32,000 nt of DNA from an uncultured Solirubrobacteraceae bacterium (GTDB lineage: Bacteria > Actinomycetota > Thermoleophilia > Solirubrobacterales > Solirubrobacteraceae), in contig CAWBQH010000004.1 in NCBI GenBank assembly GCA_963790905.1, positions 332,977 through 364,976 on the forward strand, read 5' to 3'. The translations under genes and the position numbers were made by a program. Every line of letters begins with the position of its first letter. Position 1 is the stretch's first letter. This document shows, in pieces, positions 1 through 9,984 of this stretch. The notes under the pieces were generated by a model. The model was given only the letters and a program-made list of their open reading frames with translations. It did no database searches and was not told the DNA's origin.

Positions 1-39
1 CGGCGGAGCCCGCGGGCTGTGTCGTCGTCGAGGACGTCG

Positions 40-441
40 CTACTGACCGGTCGATTCCCTGAAGCGGGGCGTCTCGTGTGTCATCCCGATGACTTCGAAG
101 AGCCGCTCGATGGCCTGGCGTCCCGGCGTCAGGAAGAACTCACAGCCGTGCTTGCGGCAACGTTCCTGACTGGATACGATCGCCCTGACGCCCGCGGAGT
201 CGAGGAAGCCGAGCTGCCGCAGGTCCAGCACAATCTCCTTCGCGCCGGCCTCGCAGAGGGGCACGATCGCCGCCTCGAGATCGGTTGCGGTCCTGAGATC
301 CAGCTCGCCCAATAGCACGAGCGTGTGCGTGTGATCGTGCGCCGCGTCGCGAATCTCGAGCTTGCCCGTTCGCATACCTAGCCACCTGGTCGGTCTGTCG
401 GCCTCGATGTGATCGGCTGAAGATCGAGGCTCGCGGCTCAT
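40..441 (-). CDS. STAS-domain anti-sigma factor antagonist (SpoIIAA/RsbV-like); start MSREPRSS
   Basis: Protein contains LVLLGELDLRTATDLEAAI...VLDLRQLGFLDSAGVRAIVSS, the STAS fold signature with a DSxG phosphosite. The ATG at 439-441 overlaps the TGA (438-440) of the upstream STAS gene. The track start at 582 would run well into that gene. Confidence 0.88.
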   Translation of the reverse strand: MSREPRSSADHIEADRPTRWLGMRTGKLEIRDAAHDHTHTLVLLGELDLRTATDLEAAIVPLCEAGAKEIVLDLRQLGFLDSAGVRAIVSSQERCRKHGCEFFLTPGRQAIERLFEVIGMTHETPRFRESTGQ

Positions 442-821
442 TGGAGTATCGTCTCGCGCGCGGGAGTCTCGCGCCCATGCCGCCTCGGGCTTGGCTCGCC
501 GAAGGGAAGCTGCTCGAGGACCTGTGTGATCTCGAACAGGCGCTGCGCCGGGTGCTGCCCGGGGGCCAGCGAGAAGGCGCACTCGTGCTCCCCGCAGCGC
601 ATCCTGCTCTGTAGGATCGCGTTCATTCCACTGGAATCGATGAAGTCGAGGCGGCCCAGCTCAACGACGACTTCCGTCGCTCCGGTGGAGCACATTTGCG
701 CGATCGTCCTTTCAAGGAGCCCAGCGGAGGCGACGTCCAGTTCACCCTCGAGAACCACCGCGTGGCAGCCTCCATGTAGCGATGTATCGATACGGAGTCG
801 ACCCGTGCTAGCCCTGGACAT
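438..821 (-). CDS. STAS-domain anti-sigma factor antagonist, second paralog (127 aa); start MSRASTGR
   Basis: AVVLEGELDVASAGLLERTI...VVELGRLDFIDSSGMNAILQS matches STAS with a DSSG phosphosite. The track ORF of 266 aa has a non-homologous-looking N-terminal extension. The internal ATG at 819-821 gives a normal STAS length. Confidence 0.82.
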   Translation of the reverse strand: MSRASTGRLRIDTSLHGGCHAVVLEGELDVASAGLLERTIAQMCSTGATEVVVELGRLDFIDSSGMNAILQSRMRCGEHECAFSLAPGQHPAQRLFEITQVLEQLPFGEPSPRRHGRETPARETILQ

Positions 822-1060
822 TAGGATGATTGCCCCTCCATCGTCACTCGCTACCGCTCCCGCGCTGACCCTCTCGCGTAGGCGTGCCGTCGCATGCCTT
901 GCTACCCGCCCGGGGGCGGCGTCATTCATCCAGGCACGCACGGGCGCCACGCTTGAACGCGGCTCGTGGTCTACTGGGACCGCCAGCGCGCCGTCGCAGA
1001 CCTCTGCCTGTCTCCGGACGCGGGTCTGGGTCGTCCAGGCCAAGCGTGACCGCGCAAGCG

Positions 1061-1198
1061 CTATTGCAGCGGGAACAGCCGCTGATCTTCCCGCGTGATG
1101 ACCAGGGCCGTATGCGCCGCCAGCGTGATGGTCAGATAAGCGATCAGCATGATGGCGCCAAAGATCAGGACCACGGCACCGACGAAGATGTTGCGCAT
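1061..1198 (-). CDS. Small single-pass membrane protein, 45 aa: MRNIFVGAVVLIFGAIMLIAYLTITLAAHTALVITREDQRLFPLQ
   Basis: Read from the reverse complement: ATG at 1196-1198, TAG at 1061-1063. Strong hydrophobic segment VGAVVLIFGAIMLIAYLTITLAA. Purine-rich GAGAGG lies just upstream of the ATG. Below the size cut-off of the supplied track. Confidence 0.5.
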   Translation of the reverse strand: MRNIFVGAVVLIFGAIMLIAYLTITLAAHTALVITREDQRLFPLQ

Positions 1199-1370
1199 GT
1201 CCTCTCATCGAGTAGGAGGGCCGTGTGCTGAAACGCAATCAACAAATATCGGCGAAGACACGTCCGCGCGGATCGCACCGGCTGATAGCCGGGCGGATAC
1301 GCTAGAGCGGATCGCTCGAACCCCAATCCACAACGATCCGAGAACGAGATAGAACGTCCGGAGGTTCGCC

Positions 1371-1904
1371 ATGTCGCTTGACCGTCCCGTAGCCCCCGAC
1401 CCATACGAGCTCCTGCCGCAGGTCGCCGCGTTCACGCTCGAGAGCAGTGACATGCGGGACCGTCAGCCACTCGATCAGGAGTTCGCTCACCCGAGCGTCG
1501 GGGGCCGGAACGTATCGCCGGAGCTGCGCTGGTCGGGCTTCCCGCAGGAGACCGGGAGCTTCGTCGTCACCTGCTTCGATCCGGACGCCCCCACCGGGAG
1601 CGGCTTCTGGCACTGGGTCCTCGTCGGGCTGCCGTCGGACGTCACCGAGCTGCCGCGCGGCGCTGGCGGCGGCAGCGGTCTACCCCAGGGAGCTTTCCAC
1701 GTTCGAAATGACTACAGCGAGCGCTCCTATGGCGGTCCTGCGCCACCGGCCGGGGATCGGCCGCACCGCTACGTGTTCGCGGTGCATGCTGTCGACGTCG
1801 AGAAGCTGGAAGTCACGGAGGAGGCTTCACCCGCATATGTCGGCTTCAATCTCACATTTCACGCGCTCGCTCGCGCGGTGATCCGGCCAACCTTCAAGGC
1901 CTGA
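1371..1904 (+). CDS. PEBP family (YbhB/YbcL, Raf kinase inhibitor-like) protein
   Basis: NVSPELRWSGFPQETGSFVVTCFDPDAPTGSGFWHWVLVGLP...YGGPAPPAGDRPHRYVFAVHAVDV: classic bacterial PEBP motifs (DPDAP, FWHW, GP.PP.G..HRY). Confidence 0.93.
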   Translation: MSLDRPVAPDPYELLPQVAAFTLESSDMRDRQPLDQEFAHPSVGGRNVSPELRWSGFPQETGSFVVTCFDPDAPTGSGFWHWVLVGLPSDVTELPRGAGGGSGLPQGAFHVRNDYSERSYGGPAPPAGDRPHRYVFAVHAVDVEKLEVTEEASPAYVGFNLTFHALARAVIRPTFKA

Positions 1905-2047
1905 GCGCCGTATCCCGTGCCGCACTCAGCGGGACGCGATCGGGCCAGCAGGCCGGCGTTTCGCTGCGCAAACCACGTCAGACAGCGCCGGCCCGAGCGG
2001 GTTTGCACCCAGTTTCGCCCCATGTTGCGCTAAGTAAAGTCGGGTTT

Positions 2048-2076
2048 TTGCCAGGGCGCGGCCCGCTCGCTACCAT
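2048..2076 (+). promoter_or_regulatory. Candidate sigma70-type promoter: TTGCCA - 17 nt - TACCAT
   Basis: -35-like TTGCCA at 2048-2053 and -10-like TACCAT at 2071-2076 with an exact 17-nt spacer, upstream of the leader ORF/STAS unit. Confidence 0.35.
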
Positions 2077-2188
2077 CGATCGTGCGCTCATTGCGGGTCG
2101 CAGACGAGTACGGTCGGCACAACGGACTGCGCCTCGGGTGTCCATGGGTGGAATGCCGCCGCGCCGAAGTCTTCTGAAGGAGGGAGCG

Positions 2189-2254
2189 ATGGAAGATGTT
2201 TGCCGTTTTGGAGCGAGACTGAGCCTGTCCATGCACCGAAGGGCCCGGCGATGA
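2189..2254 (+). CDS. Candidate 21-aa leader peptide MEDVCRFGARLSLSMHRRARR, overlapping the STAS gene start
   Basis: GAAGGAGGGAGCG-ATG is the best Shine-Dalgarno match in this region. The TGA at 2252-2254 overlaps the ATG (2251-2253) of the STAS ORF in an ATGA arrangement. Confidence 0.4.
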   Translation: MEDVCRFGARLSLSMHRRARR

Positions 2255-2595
2255 GCGCTGCTCCCCCGAGCTTCACGGTGGAGGACGTCGGCTCCGCCTC
2301 TGCGCAGACGCTCGCGCTGTCCGGAGAGCTTGACATCGCCTCGGCGCCGATGCTCGAAGCGGCGTTTGCCGCCCGCTGCGAGACCGGCAGGAACGTGATG
2401 GTGCTTGACCTGAGTCAGCTCACGTTCATGGACTCGACCGGGCTGCGAGCGCTGATCGCCGCAAACGAGCTGTGCGCGCAGCACGGACGCGAGCTGTCCC
2501 TCACCGGCGCGACCGGCCCGGTGCGGCGCCTTCTCGAGCTGACGGGAGCCATTGACGCTCTGCCGGTTCACGGCAGGCGCAGCGCCGGCGCGTGA
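2251..2595 (+). CDS. STAS-domain anti-sigma factor antagonist, third paralog; start MSAAPPSF (alternative TTG start at 2200)
   Basis: QTLALSGELDIASAPMLEAAF...MVLDLSQLTFMDSTGLRALIAA matches STAS with a DSTG phosphosite. Confidence 0.88.
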   Translation: MSAAPPSFTVEDVGSASAQTLALSGELDIASAPMLEAAFAARCETGRNVMVLDLSQLTFMDSTGLRALIAANELCAQHGRELSLTGATGPVRRLLELTGAIDALPVHGRRSAGA

Positions 2596-2627
2596 CCGTC
2601 GGGATTCGGCGCGCAGCCCGTGGCGCG

Positions 2628-4664
<2,037 letters not shown>

Positions 4665-4816
4665 TCAGCTCCTCAGCATCGCGAGCGCAGAGCGCTCGGC
4701 AGGCCGCCGGCTGGAAGATGCCGAGCGAGCAGATGCCCGCGCAACGTCATGGCATCGAGGTTACCCGCAGCCGCTGATCGGCGAGCGCCACCGGGCACAC
4801 GCCAGAGAGGGCCGCG

Positions 4817-4840
4817 CCGCGCGGCTCGAGCCGCGCGGCG
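4817..4840. terminator. Perfect 24-nt palindrome GCCGCGCGGCTCGAGCCGCGCGGC; strong hairpin downstream of the lipase-like gene (terminator or operator)
   Basis: 12 nt and its exact reverse complement with no spacer, 33 nt past the hydrolase stop and ~155 nt upstream of the MFS start. No U-tract. Confidence 0.55.
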
Positions 4841-4872
4841 ATCTCATCTCGCTGCCGTGCAGACGCTCTCGA

Positions 4873-6321
4873 TCAGAGGCCTTCGAGGAACGGCACGAGG
4901 TGGTTCATGAATTCGTTTTCGGGATAGGCGCCGGCCGGGTCGTTGTGAGCGTAGGTGTCTTCCTCGTCGATCAACGTGAGGTTTTCGCTCGGGATTTTCG
5001 ACTGTTCAGCGAGGATTTCCGCCGACGTCAGCGTGCTGAACCCTTTACCCAGCAGCTTGTCGAGTTCCGTGCTGATCGCCAGGATGTGCAGGGACGTCGG
5101 CAGTTCGTGCCCGTGGATGGCGTCCTCGCCGAGGACGGTCTGCGCGGGGTTGGCGTTGCCCTCGTCGACTGCGCTCGTGTCGATCGTCAGCCTTTCCGGG
5201 AAATACCACTCGCTGCCGTTTGCGTTGAACAGGCCGCTGCCGGAGAGCATTTCGGCGTAGCGCTGGATCGGGGTGATCGCGCCCGTCCCGTTCCAGCCCC
5301 AAGGTTCGCCCGGCGCCGGTTCCATGAGCCCTTCTCCAGCGTGCACCTGGGCCGCCGCGAGGTTTGGCGGCGACGTGCCGACGTTGACGCCGTAGGCGAA
5401 CCCGGCTTCGTTGGTGCTCGGCACCACTTCGCCCGATTTGTTGCGCGTCTTCAGGGATTCGGGCAGGAATATGAATTTCCCGAGCTGCGCTTCTTCGTGC
5501 GGCGCGAGGTGCGCGAGCGTCGCACCGAGCATCCCGAACAGGCCGAGGTCCGGTGATGGGATCCCGCCGAACGCGAGCCACGGCGAGCTTGTCGACAGTT
5601 TCGTGAGCGCTTCTTCCGCTTCCTGCGCGCTGATCGCCGTCGGGCTGCTGCCGCCGTCGTCGTAGACGAGACCCGACAGGCCGTCGGCTCCCGGTTTGCC
5701 GCCGAAGTCCCAGGTCGCGTAGGCCGTCACCACCGAGCCGCCGAGCGAGTGGCCGCCAAGGACCACTTTGCCGCCGAGCGCTTTTGCGGCTTCGATCACG
5801 ATGTGCAGGTCCTGGACCGCGACGTTCATGCCCCATTCGCGCGCGCCATCCTTGACCGCCCTGTGTTCTTCGAGCCCTACGAAGTGGCGTTCTTCGTTCG
5901 CTTCGTCGAGATAGCCGAGGTAGTAGTGGAAGAACTGCGCCGGTGTGACCTCACCGCGCTTGAACTTGTTGAGCTCCGTCTGGTCCTCGAGGCGGTTCTC
6001 GCGGCGTTCCACCGACCATACCTGCCATCCCGGCTCTTTTTCGACCAGCCACTTCGCAAACGGCACGAAGTACGCCGCGGCCGCGGACGTTCCCGGCTCC
6101 AGCACGAGCACGTTCGTGGCGAGCTTCGAGCCGATCTCGATCAAGCCGACCTTGTCGAGCCTGGAAGGGGTTGCTGGTGCCGCATACCCGTCCATCCAGA
6201 TTTTTTCCACCCTCACGCCGCGTTTGGCCGCGCTGCTCACCGGCGCCAATGCCATCGACGCGGCCGCGATCGCAACCGTTACCAGCGCAAGCCGGCACAG
6301 GCTGCTCGTTCTCAGATGCAT
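4873..6321 (-). CDS. Secreted alpha/beta-hydrolase (lipase-like) with N-terminal signal peptide
   Basis: MHLRTSSLCRLALVTVAIAAASMALAPVSSAA signal peptide; nucleophile elbow VVLGGHSLGGSVV (GHSxG). ATG at 6319-6321 preceded by GAGGAGGGGAACGG. The track start at 6360 lies upstream of this SD. Confidence 0.8.
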   Translation of the reverse strand: MHLRTSSLCRLALVTVAIAAASMALAPVSSAAKRGVRVEKIWMDGYAAPATPSRLDKVGLIEIGSKLATNVLVLEPGTSAAAAYFVPFAKWLVEKEPGWQVWSVERRENRLEDQTELNKFKRGEVTPAQFFHYYLGYLDEANEERHFVGLEEHRAVKDGAREWGMNVAVQDLHIVIEAAKALGGKVVLGGHSLGGSVVTAYATWDFGGKPGADGLSGLVYDDGGSSPTAISAQEAEEALTKLSTSSPWLAFGGIPSPDLGLFGMLGATLAHLAPHEEAQLGKFIFLPESLKTRNKSGEVVPSTNEAGFAYGVNVGTSPPNLAAAQVHAGEGLMEPAPGEPWGWNGTGAITPIQRYAEMLSGSGLFNANGSEWYFPERLTIDTSAVDEGNANPAQTVLGEDAIHGHELPTSLHILAISTELDKLLGKGFSTLTSAEILAEQSKIPSENLTLIDEEDTYAHNDPAGAYPENEFMNHLVPFLEGL

Positions 6322-6456
6322 CCGTTCCCCTCCTCGATCACCCCGACGGCGGAACGCCATCCCGGATACCGCTCAGACGCTACTCCGGCAGGTCGGCCGC
6401 CGCAATGACGTTCTGCCGAACCTCAGCGCCCTTATCTGTGCAGATGCACAAGCGGA

Positions 6457-7647
6457 TCAAGCGCTCGGCTCCTGGAGCACGCCCGAGGAGCCATTGCCGG
6501 CGCTCTGCATCGCCACGTACACACACGCCAGGTCGCGTGGGCTGCCGAGGTCAAGGCCGGTCAGCTCCTCGATCCGCCTGAGCCTATAGGCGAGCGTGTT
6601 GCGGTGCACGTGCAGCGCGGCACTCGCAGCCGTGCGGTCCAGGCGGCAGTCGAACAGCGTCTCGAGGGTGTGGGCGAGCTCCGCGCGGTCACCGACGGCC
6701 ATCGGCGCGAGGATCCGCATCCGCAGCCGCTCGATCAGCCGTTGCGAGCGGCCGGCGATGATCTCCAGCAGGTTGTCCTCGACCCTCAACACGCCCGTCA
6801 ACCCGATCCGCCGGCCGTGCTCTGCGAGCACCACCAGCTCCTCGCGCGCGGCGAGCAGGTCCCTGCGTGGCGTCGGCTCGTCGATCGCCAGCAGCACCTC
6901 TCCTCCCGCGCCCAGGTCGGAGAGCTCGAGCGGCTTCCAGGTCAGGCCGAGCACGCAGTCGTTGTGTGTGACGGTCAGCCCGAAGCCGGCACGGCGCAGC
7001 TGGGCTGCGAGCGCAGCATGCCTGTGCGGCGGCTGTCCGGGAAGCACCGCGGCGAACGCCGAGTAGAAGCGTTCGACAGGAACGCCGAGCCTCTCGGCGA
7101 GCTCGGTCTCGTGAGCGTCGAGCGGCGAGTCGATGCACAGCCGCTCCAGCAGGGCCTGCGTGCGGCGCTCCTCCTCGGAGACGAGCAGCTCGCGCTCGGC
7201 GAGGTAGGTCTCCGTGACGACCGTCGAGATCTGCGTCACGTACTGCGCAAGCAGGCCGGCGAGCTCGAGCAGCGCATCTGACTCGTCGCTGCGTGCGTGG
7301 CGCCGCAAGAGCTGCCAGCCAAGCTGGTGCAGCAAGCCGAACGAGCGCAGCAGGTCCTCGAGGCGAACGCCCTCCGCGGCGCGCGCTCGGGCCCATCCGC
7401 GCAGCGGCTCGAAGTCCTCTTCGGTCGGCATCACACCGGTCGAGAGGAAGCGGGTCCAGCGTCTGAGGCTGCGCCGAAGGCCGAGCACGATGTCGGCGTG
7501 CGAGTCCTCCGAGACATGCTCGAACGCAGCCACGCTCGCCTCCAGCCGCGCGGCCATCTCAGCGGCCACCTCGCCGGGCGGGATACGCGCCACGATCGCG
7601 GCCGCCCCAGCCTGCCTCTCGCCCGCCTGTGAGCCCATGCAGTCCAT
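6457..7647 (-). CDS. PucR/CdaR-type transcriptional regulator with C-terminal HTH_30-like domain
   Basis: C-terminus LAHTLETLFDCRLDRTAASAALHVHRNTLAYRLRRIEELTGLDLGSPRDLACVYVAMQ is the canonical PucR HTH. The N-terminus resembles an RsbR-N-like helical region. Start chosen at MDCMGSQAGERQ; the track start at 8556 overruns the divergent gene. Confidence 0.87.
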   Translation of the reverse strand: MDCMGSQAGERQAGAAAIVARIPPGEVAAEMAARLEASVAAFEHVSEDSHADIVLGLRRSLRRWTRFLSTGVMPTEEDFEPLRGWARARAAEGVRLEDLLRSFGLLHQLGWQLLRRHARSDESDALLELAGLLAQYVTQISTVVTETYLAERELLVSEEERRTQALLERLCIDSPLDAHETELAERLGVPVERFYSAFAAVLPGQPPHRHAALAAQLRRAGFGLTVTHNDCVLGLTWKPLELSDLGAGGEVLLAIDEPTPRRDLLAAREELVVLAEHGRRIGLTGVLRVEDNLLEIIAGRSQRLIERLRMRILAPMAVGDRAELAHTLETLFDCRLDRTAASAALHVHRNTLAYRLRRIEELTGLDLGSPRDLACVYVAMQSAGNGSSGVLQEPSA

Positions 7648-7774
7648 TATCTGCCGAAGCTGCGCCCGCGAGCGCACTCGTCCGCGTCCGCGTGCGACGT
7701 TAAGGTTGACGCTCCTCACGTTCGCCCTGCTCGCAGCGCCGAACGCGAGCGTCCTGTCAAGCAAAGGGGACCGA

Positions 7775-8206
7775 GTGATACGAACGCTTTCGCAATGCCT
7801 AGCCATCGTGCTCCTCGGCGGAGCGCTGCTCGTCGGATGCGGCGGCGGCGGTTCGAGCACGACGAGCTCGACGAGGACCGCGAGCACGCCTGCGGCCGCG
7901 ACCACGCCTGCGGCCGCGACCACGCCGACCTCAACGAGCTCAGCTCCTGCAGCAGCCGGGTCGGCCTCGAGCGCCGCAGGCCTCGCGCAAGTCGCGGCGG
8001 TGTGCAAATCGGTGATCGAAAAGCAGCCGGCGATCCCGGCGCATCTGAAGGCCAGGGTCGAAGGCATCTGCCACAAAGCGGCCAGCGGCGATCTCGCAGG
8101 TGCACGCGCGGCAGCCCAGGAAGTCTGCGCCGAAGTCATCAAGGCCTCGCCGATCCCCTCCGCATCCAAGCAGCAGGCGCTCGCGTCCTGTAGAAGCATC
8201 AAATAG
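7775..8206 (+). CDS. Small secreted lipoprotein with Thr/Ala/Ser-rich linker
   Basis: GTG start after AAGGGGA; MIRTLSQCLAIVLLGGALLVGCGGGG contains a lipobox (LLVGC), followed by an STTSSTRTASTPAAATTP linker and a small C-terminal domain with several Cys. Confidence 0.68.
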   Translation: MIRTLSQCLAIVLLGGALLVGCGGGGSSTTSSTRTASTPAAATTPAAATTPTSTSSAPAAAGSASSAAGLAQVAAVCKSVIEKQPAIPAHLKARVEGICHKAASGDLAGARAAAQEVCAEVIKASPIPSASKQQALASCRSIK

Positions 8207-8264
8207 CGGCCCGCCCCGGCGCCGCGGCACTTCGCGTCGGCACGACGGCGGCGCAGGGTCGCGC

Positions 8265-8909
8265 CTACTCCGCCGCGGGCCCCGCGTCCTCCTCGTCGGT
8301 CTCCGTATACAGCGACTCCCGCGCGAGCTCCTTGCCCTTGACGTCGAACAGCTTGATCTCGAGCAGGTCCTGGCGGTAGTCGTCGGGGGCGATCAGCGTG
8401 AAGCGCTCTTCGAGGAGCTCGCATTGGTCGACGGCCAGATCGGCGAGCTCGGCCGTCACGATCCGCCCTCCGGAGATGACCGGACGCCCCCACACGAGCG
8501 TCATCGCCGCGACCGCTCCGAAGTGCCCGCGCCAGGCGCCGATCACCTCCTCGCACAGATCGAGCCGCCAGTCAGGGTTGCGCTCGGCGGTCTCCTCAGT
8601 GAAGTCGGCGTGCGCCGAGAAGTCGCTCGGCGCCGCGTCCTCGCCAGCCGGAGCGAAGCGCACGTAGCCGAAGAGCTCGTATCCGCCGGAGGTGCGTGCC
8701 GTCCCGGGCACATAGGTCCATCCTTGCCACGTGCGGTCGGGATACCACACGATCTCGCCCGGCTCGCCGAGATCCTCGGGCGGAGAGTCGATGCGCAGCG
8801 CGGCCGCGAGGAACTCGAGCTGCAGCCGCTCGTGCCAGCGGCCGTAGGGCAGCTCCTCCTGCGGCGGCTCGGCCGCGAAGCGGGGTACGAAGCGTTCGAC
8901 CGGAGGCAT
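8265..8909 (-). CDS. Conserved-looking hypothetical protein (214 aa)
   Basis: Long ORF with normal residue composition (RWHERLQLEFLAAALRI...EIVWYPDRTWQGWTYVPG) in the same orientation as galT. No family recognised. Confidence 0.65.
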   Translation of the reverse strand: MPPVERFVPRFAAEPPQEELPYGRWHERLQLEFLAAALRIDSPPEDLGEPGEIVWYPDRTWQGWTYVPGTARTSGGYELFGYVRFAPAGEDAAPSDFSAHADFTEETAERNPDWRLDLCEEVIGAWRGHFGAVAAMTLVWGRPVISGGRIVTAELADLAVDQCELLEERFTLIAPDDYRQDLLEIKLFDVKGKELARESLYTETDEEDAGPAAE

Positions 8910-8985
8910 GCGTGCCGGGCAGCCTAGCCTTCCGCCGGCTGCGGCGACCCCACCGGCTGCGACCCGCCGACGCTGGTAGGTACTG

Positions 8986-9981
8986 CTACGCGTCGCGCAG
9001 CAGCGCGGCGGCGCGCTCGGGCGCCACGATGTTGAGGTTCATATCCGTCGCCAGCTCGAGGCCGGCAACGTGAGTGAGGCGCGGCAGCACATCGATCCGC
9101 CAGCAGAAATGATCGGCGCCGCGCGGGGCCGTGCGAACCCACAGGTTCAGCGGCGGGCTCGAGCCTAGGTGGCGCGCGAGGCGGGTGAGCCCGTCGTACA
9201 GGAGCGACGCGCCCGCCGGGCCGTCGTCCTCGAAGCGCGCCCGCGGAACCCTCGGCGCGAGCACCAGCTGGAACGGGAGGCGCGAGGCGTACGGAGCCAT
9301 CAGCACCGCCTCCTCGTCGATCGCGACGATCCGCTCGCGCAGGCGGACCTCCTCGGCCACCAGGTCGCCGAGCAGGTTCTGGCCCATCGTGCGCGTGGCG
9401 TAGGCGCCGAAGCGCTCGCGCTCTCGCGCCACCGCCGGCGGGACGAAGTCGAGCGCGTAGAGCTGGGCGTGCGTGTGCGGCAGCGACGCCCCCGCCTCGT
9501 GGCGCTCGTTGACGATCAGCTGCACATACGCGCTCGCGTCGTGCACGCGCATGCGCGTGCGCCACACCTCCACGGCGGCGATCACCTGCTCGCGCGGCAG
9601 CTCGGCCAGTGACAGAACCGGCTGCGGCGCGTTGACGATCACCTCGTGGGCGCCGGTCGCGGGCTGCGCGACGAACAGATCCGGGTGGGTCGGCGCCATC
9701 CCTGCGCCCTGGCGACAGTCGGGGTCGCCGGGGGGCGAGAGCGCCGGATACAGGTTCGGGACCACCCGCACGCTCCAGCCCGGCGAGTTCGGAGGGCCGT
9801 CGGGGCGGAGCGCTTCGAGCTCGGGCGGCGTGCGGTCCTCGTGCCCCTCCGCGAACGGGTCTCGTTCGGGGTCGATCGCCTCGGGCGGATCGCAGCCGGG
9901 CTCTCCTCCCGGGCGCTGCGAGCGCTCCGCAGCCACGATCGTCTTGTGCCCACTCAGCGGGTCGATCCGAAGCTCGGGCAA
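8986..9981 (-). CDS. galT: Galactose-1-phosphate uridylyltransferase (GalT, HIT superfamily)
   Basis: VRVVPNLYPAL, GAHEVIVNAPQP, LIVNERHEAGASLPHTHAQLYAL (active-site HxH), HFCWRIDVLPRLTHVAGLELAT. TTG start at 9979-9981 (top strand 'caa') and TAG stop at 8986-8988 (top strand 'cta') prove minus strand, although the track lists '+'. Confidence 0.9.
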   Translation of the reverse strand: MPELRIDPLSGHKTIVAAERSQRPGGEPGCDPPEAIDPERDPFAEGHEDRTPPELEALRPDGPPNSPGWSVRVVPNLYPALSPPGDPDCRQGAGMAPTHPDLFVAQPATGAHEVIVNAPQPVLSLAELPREQVIAAVEVWRTRMRVHDASAYVQLIVNERHEAGASLPHTHAQLYALDFVPPAVARERERFGAYATRTMGQNLLGDLVAEEVRLRERIVAIDEEAVLMAPYASRLPFQLVLAPRVPRARFEDDGPAGASLLYDGLTRLARHLGSSPPLNLWVRTAPRGADHFCWRIDVLPRLTHVAGLELATDMNLNIVAPERAAALLRDA

Positions 9982-9984
9982 GGC

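Noticed and set aside
7214-7774. N-terminal half of the 330-aa plus-strand ORF ending at 8206
   Set aside because: It is antisense to the PucR-type gene. The lipoprotein signal sequence starts at the GTG at 7775 with its own SD.
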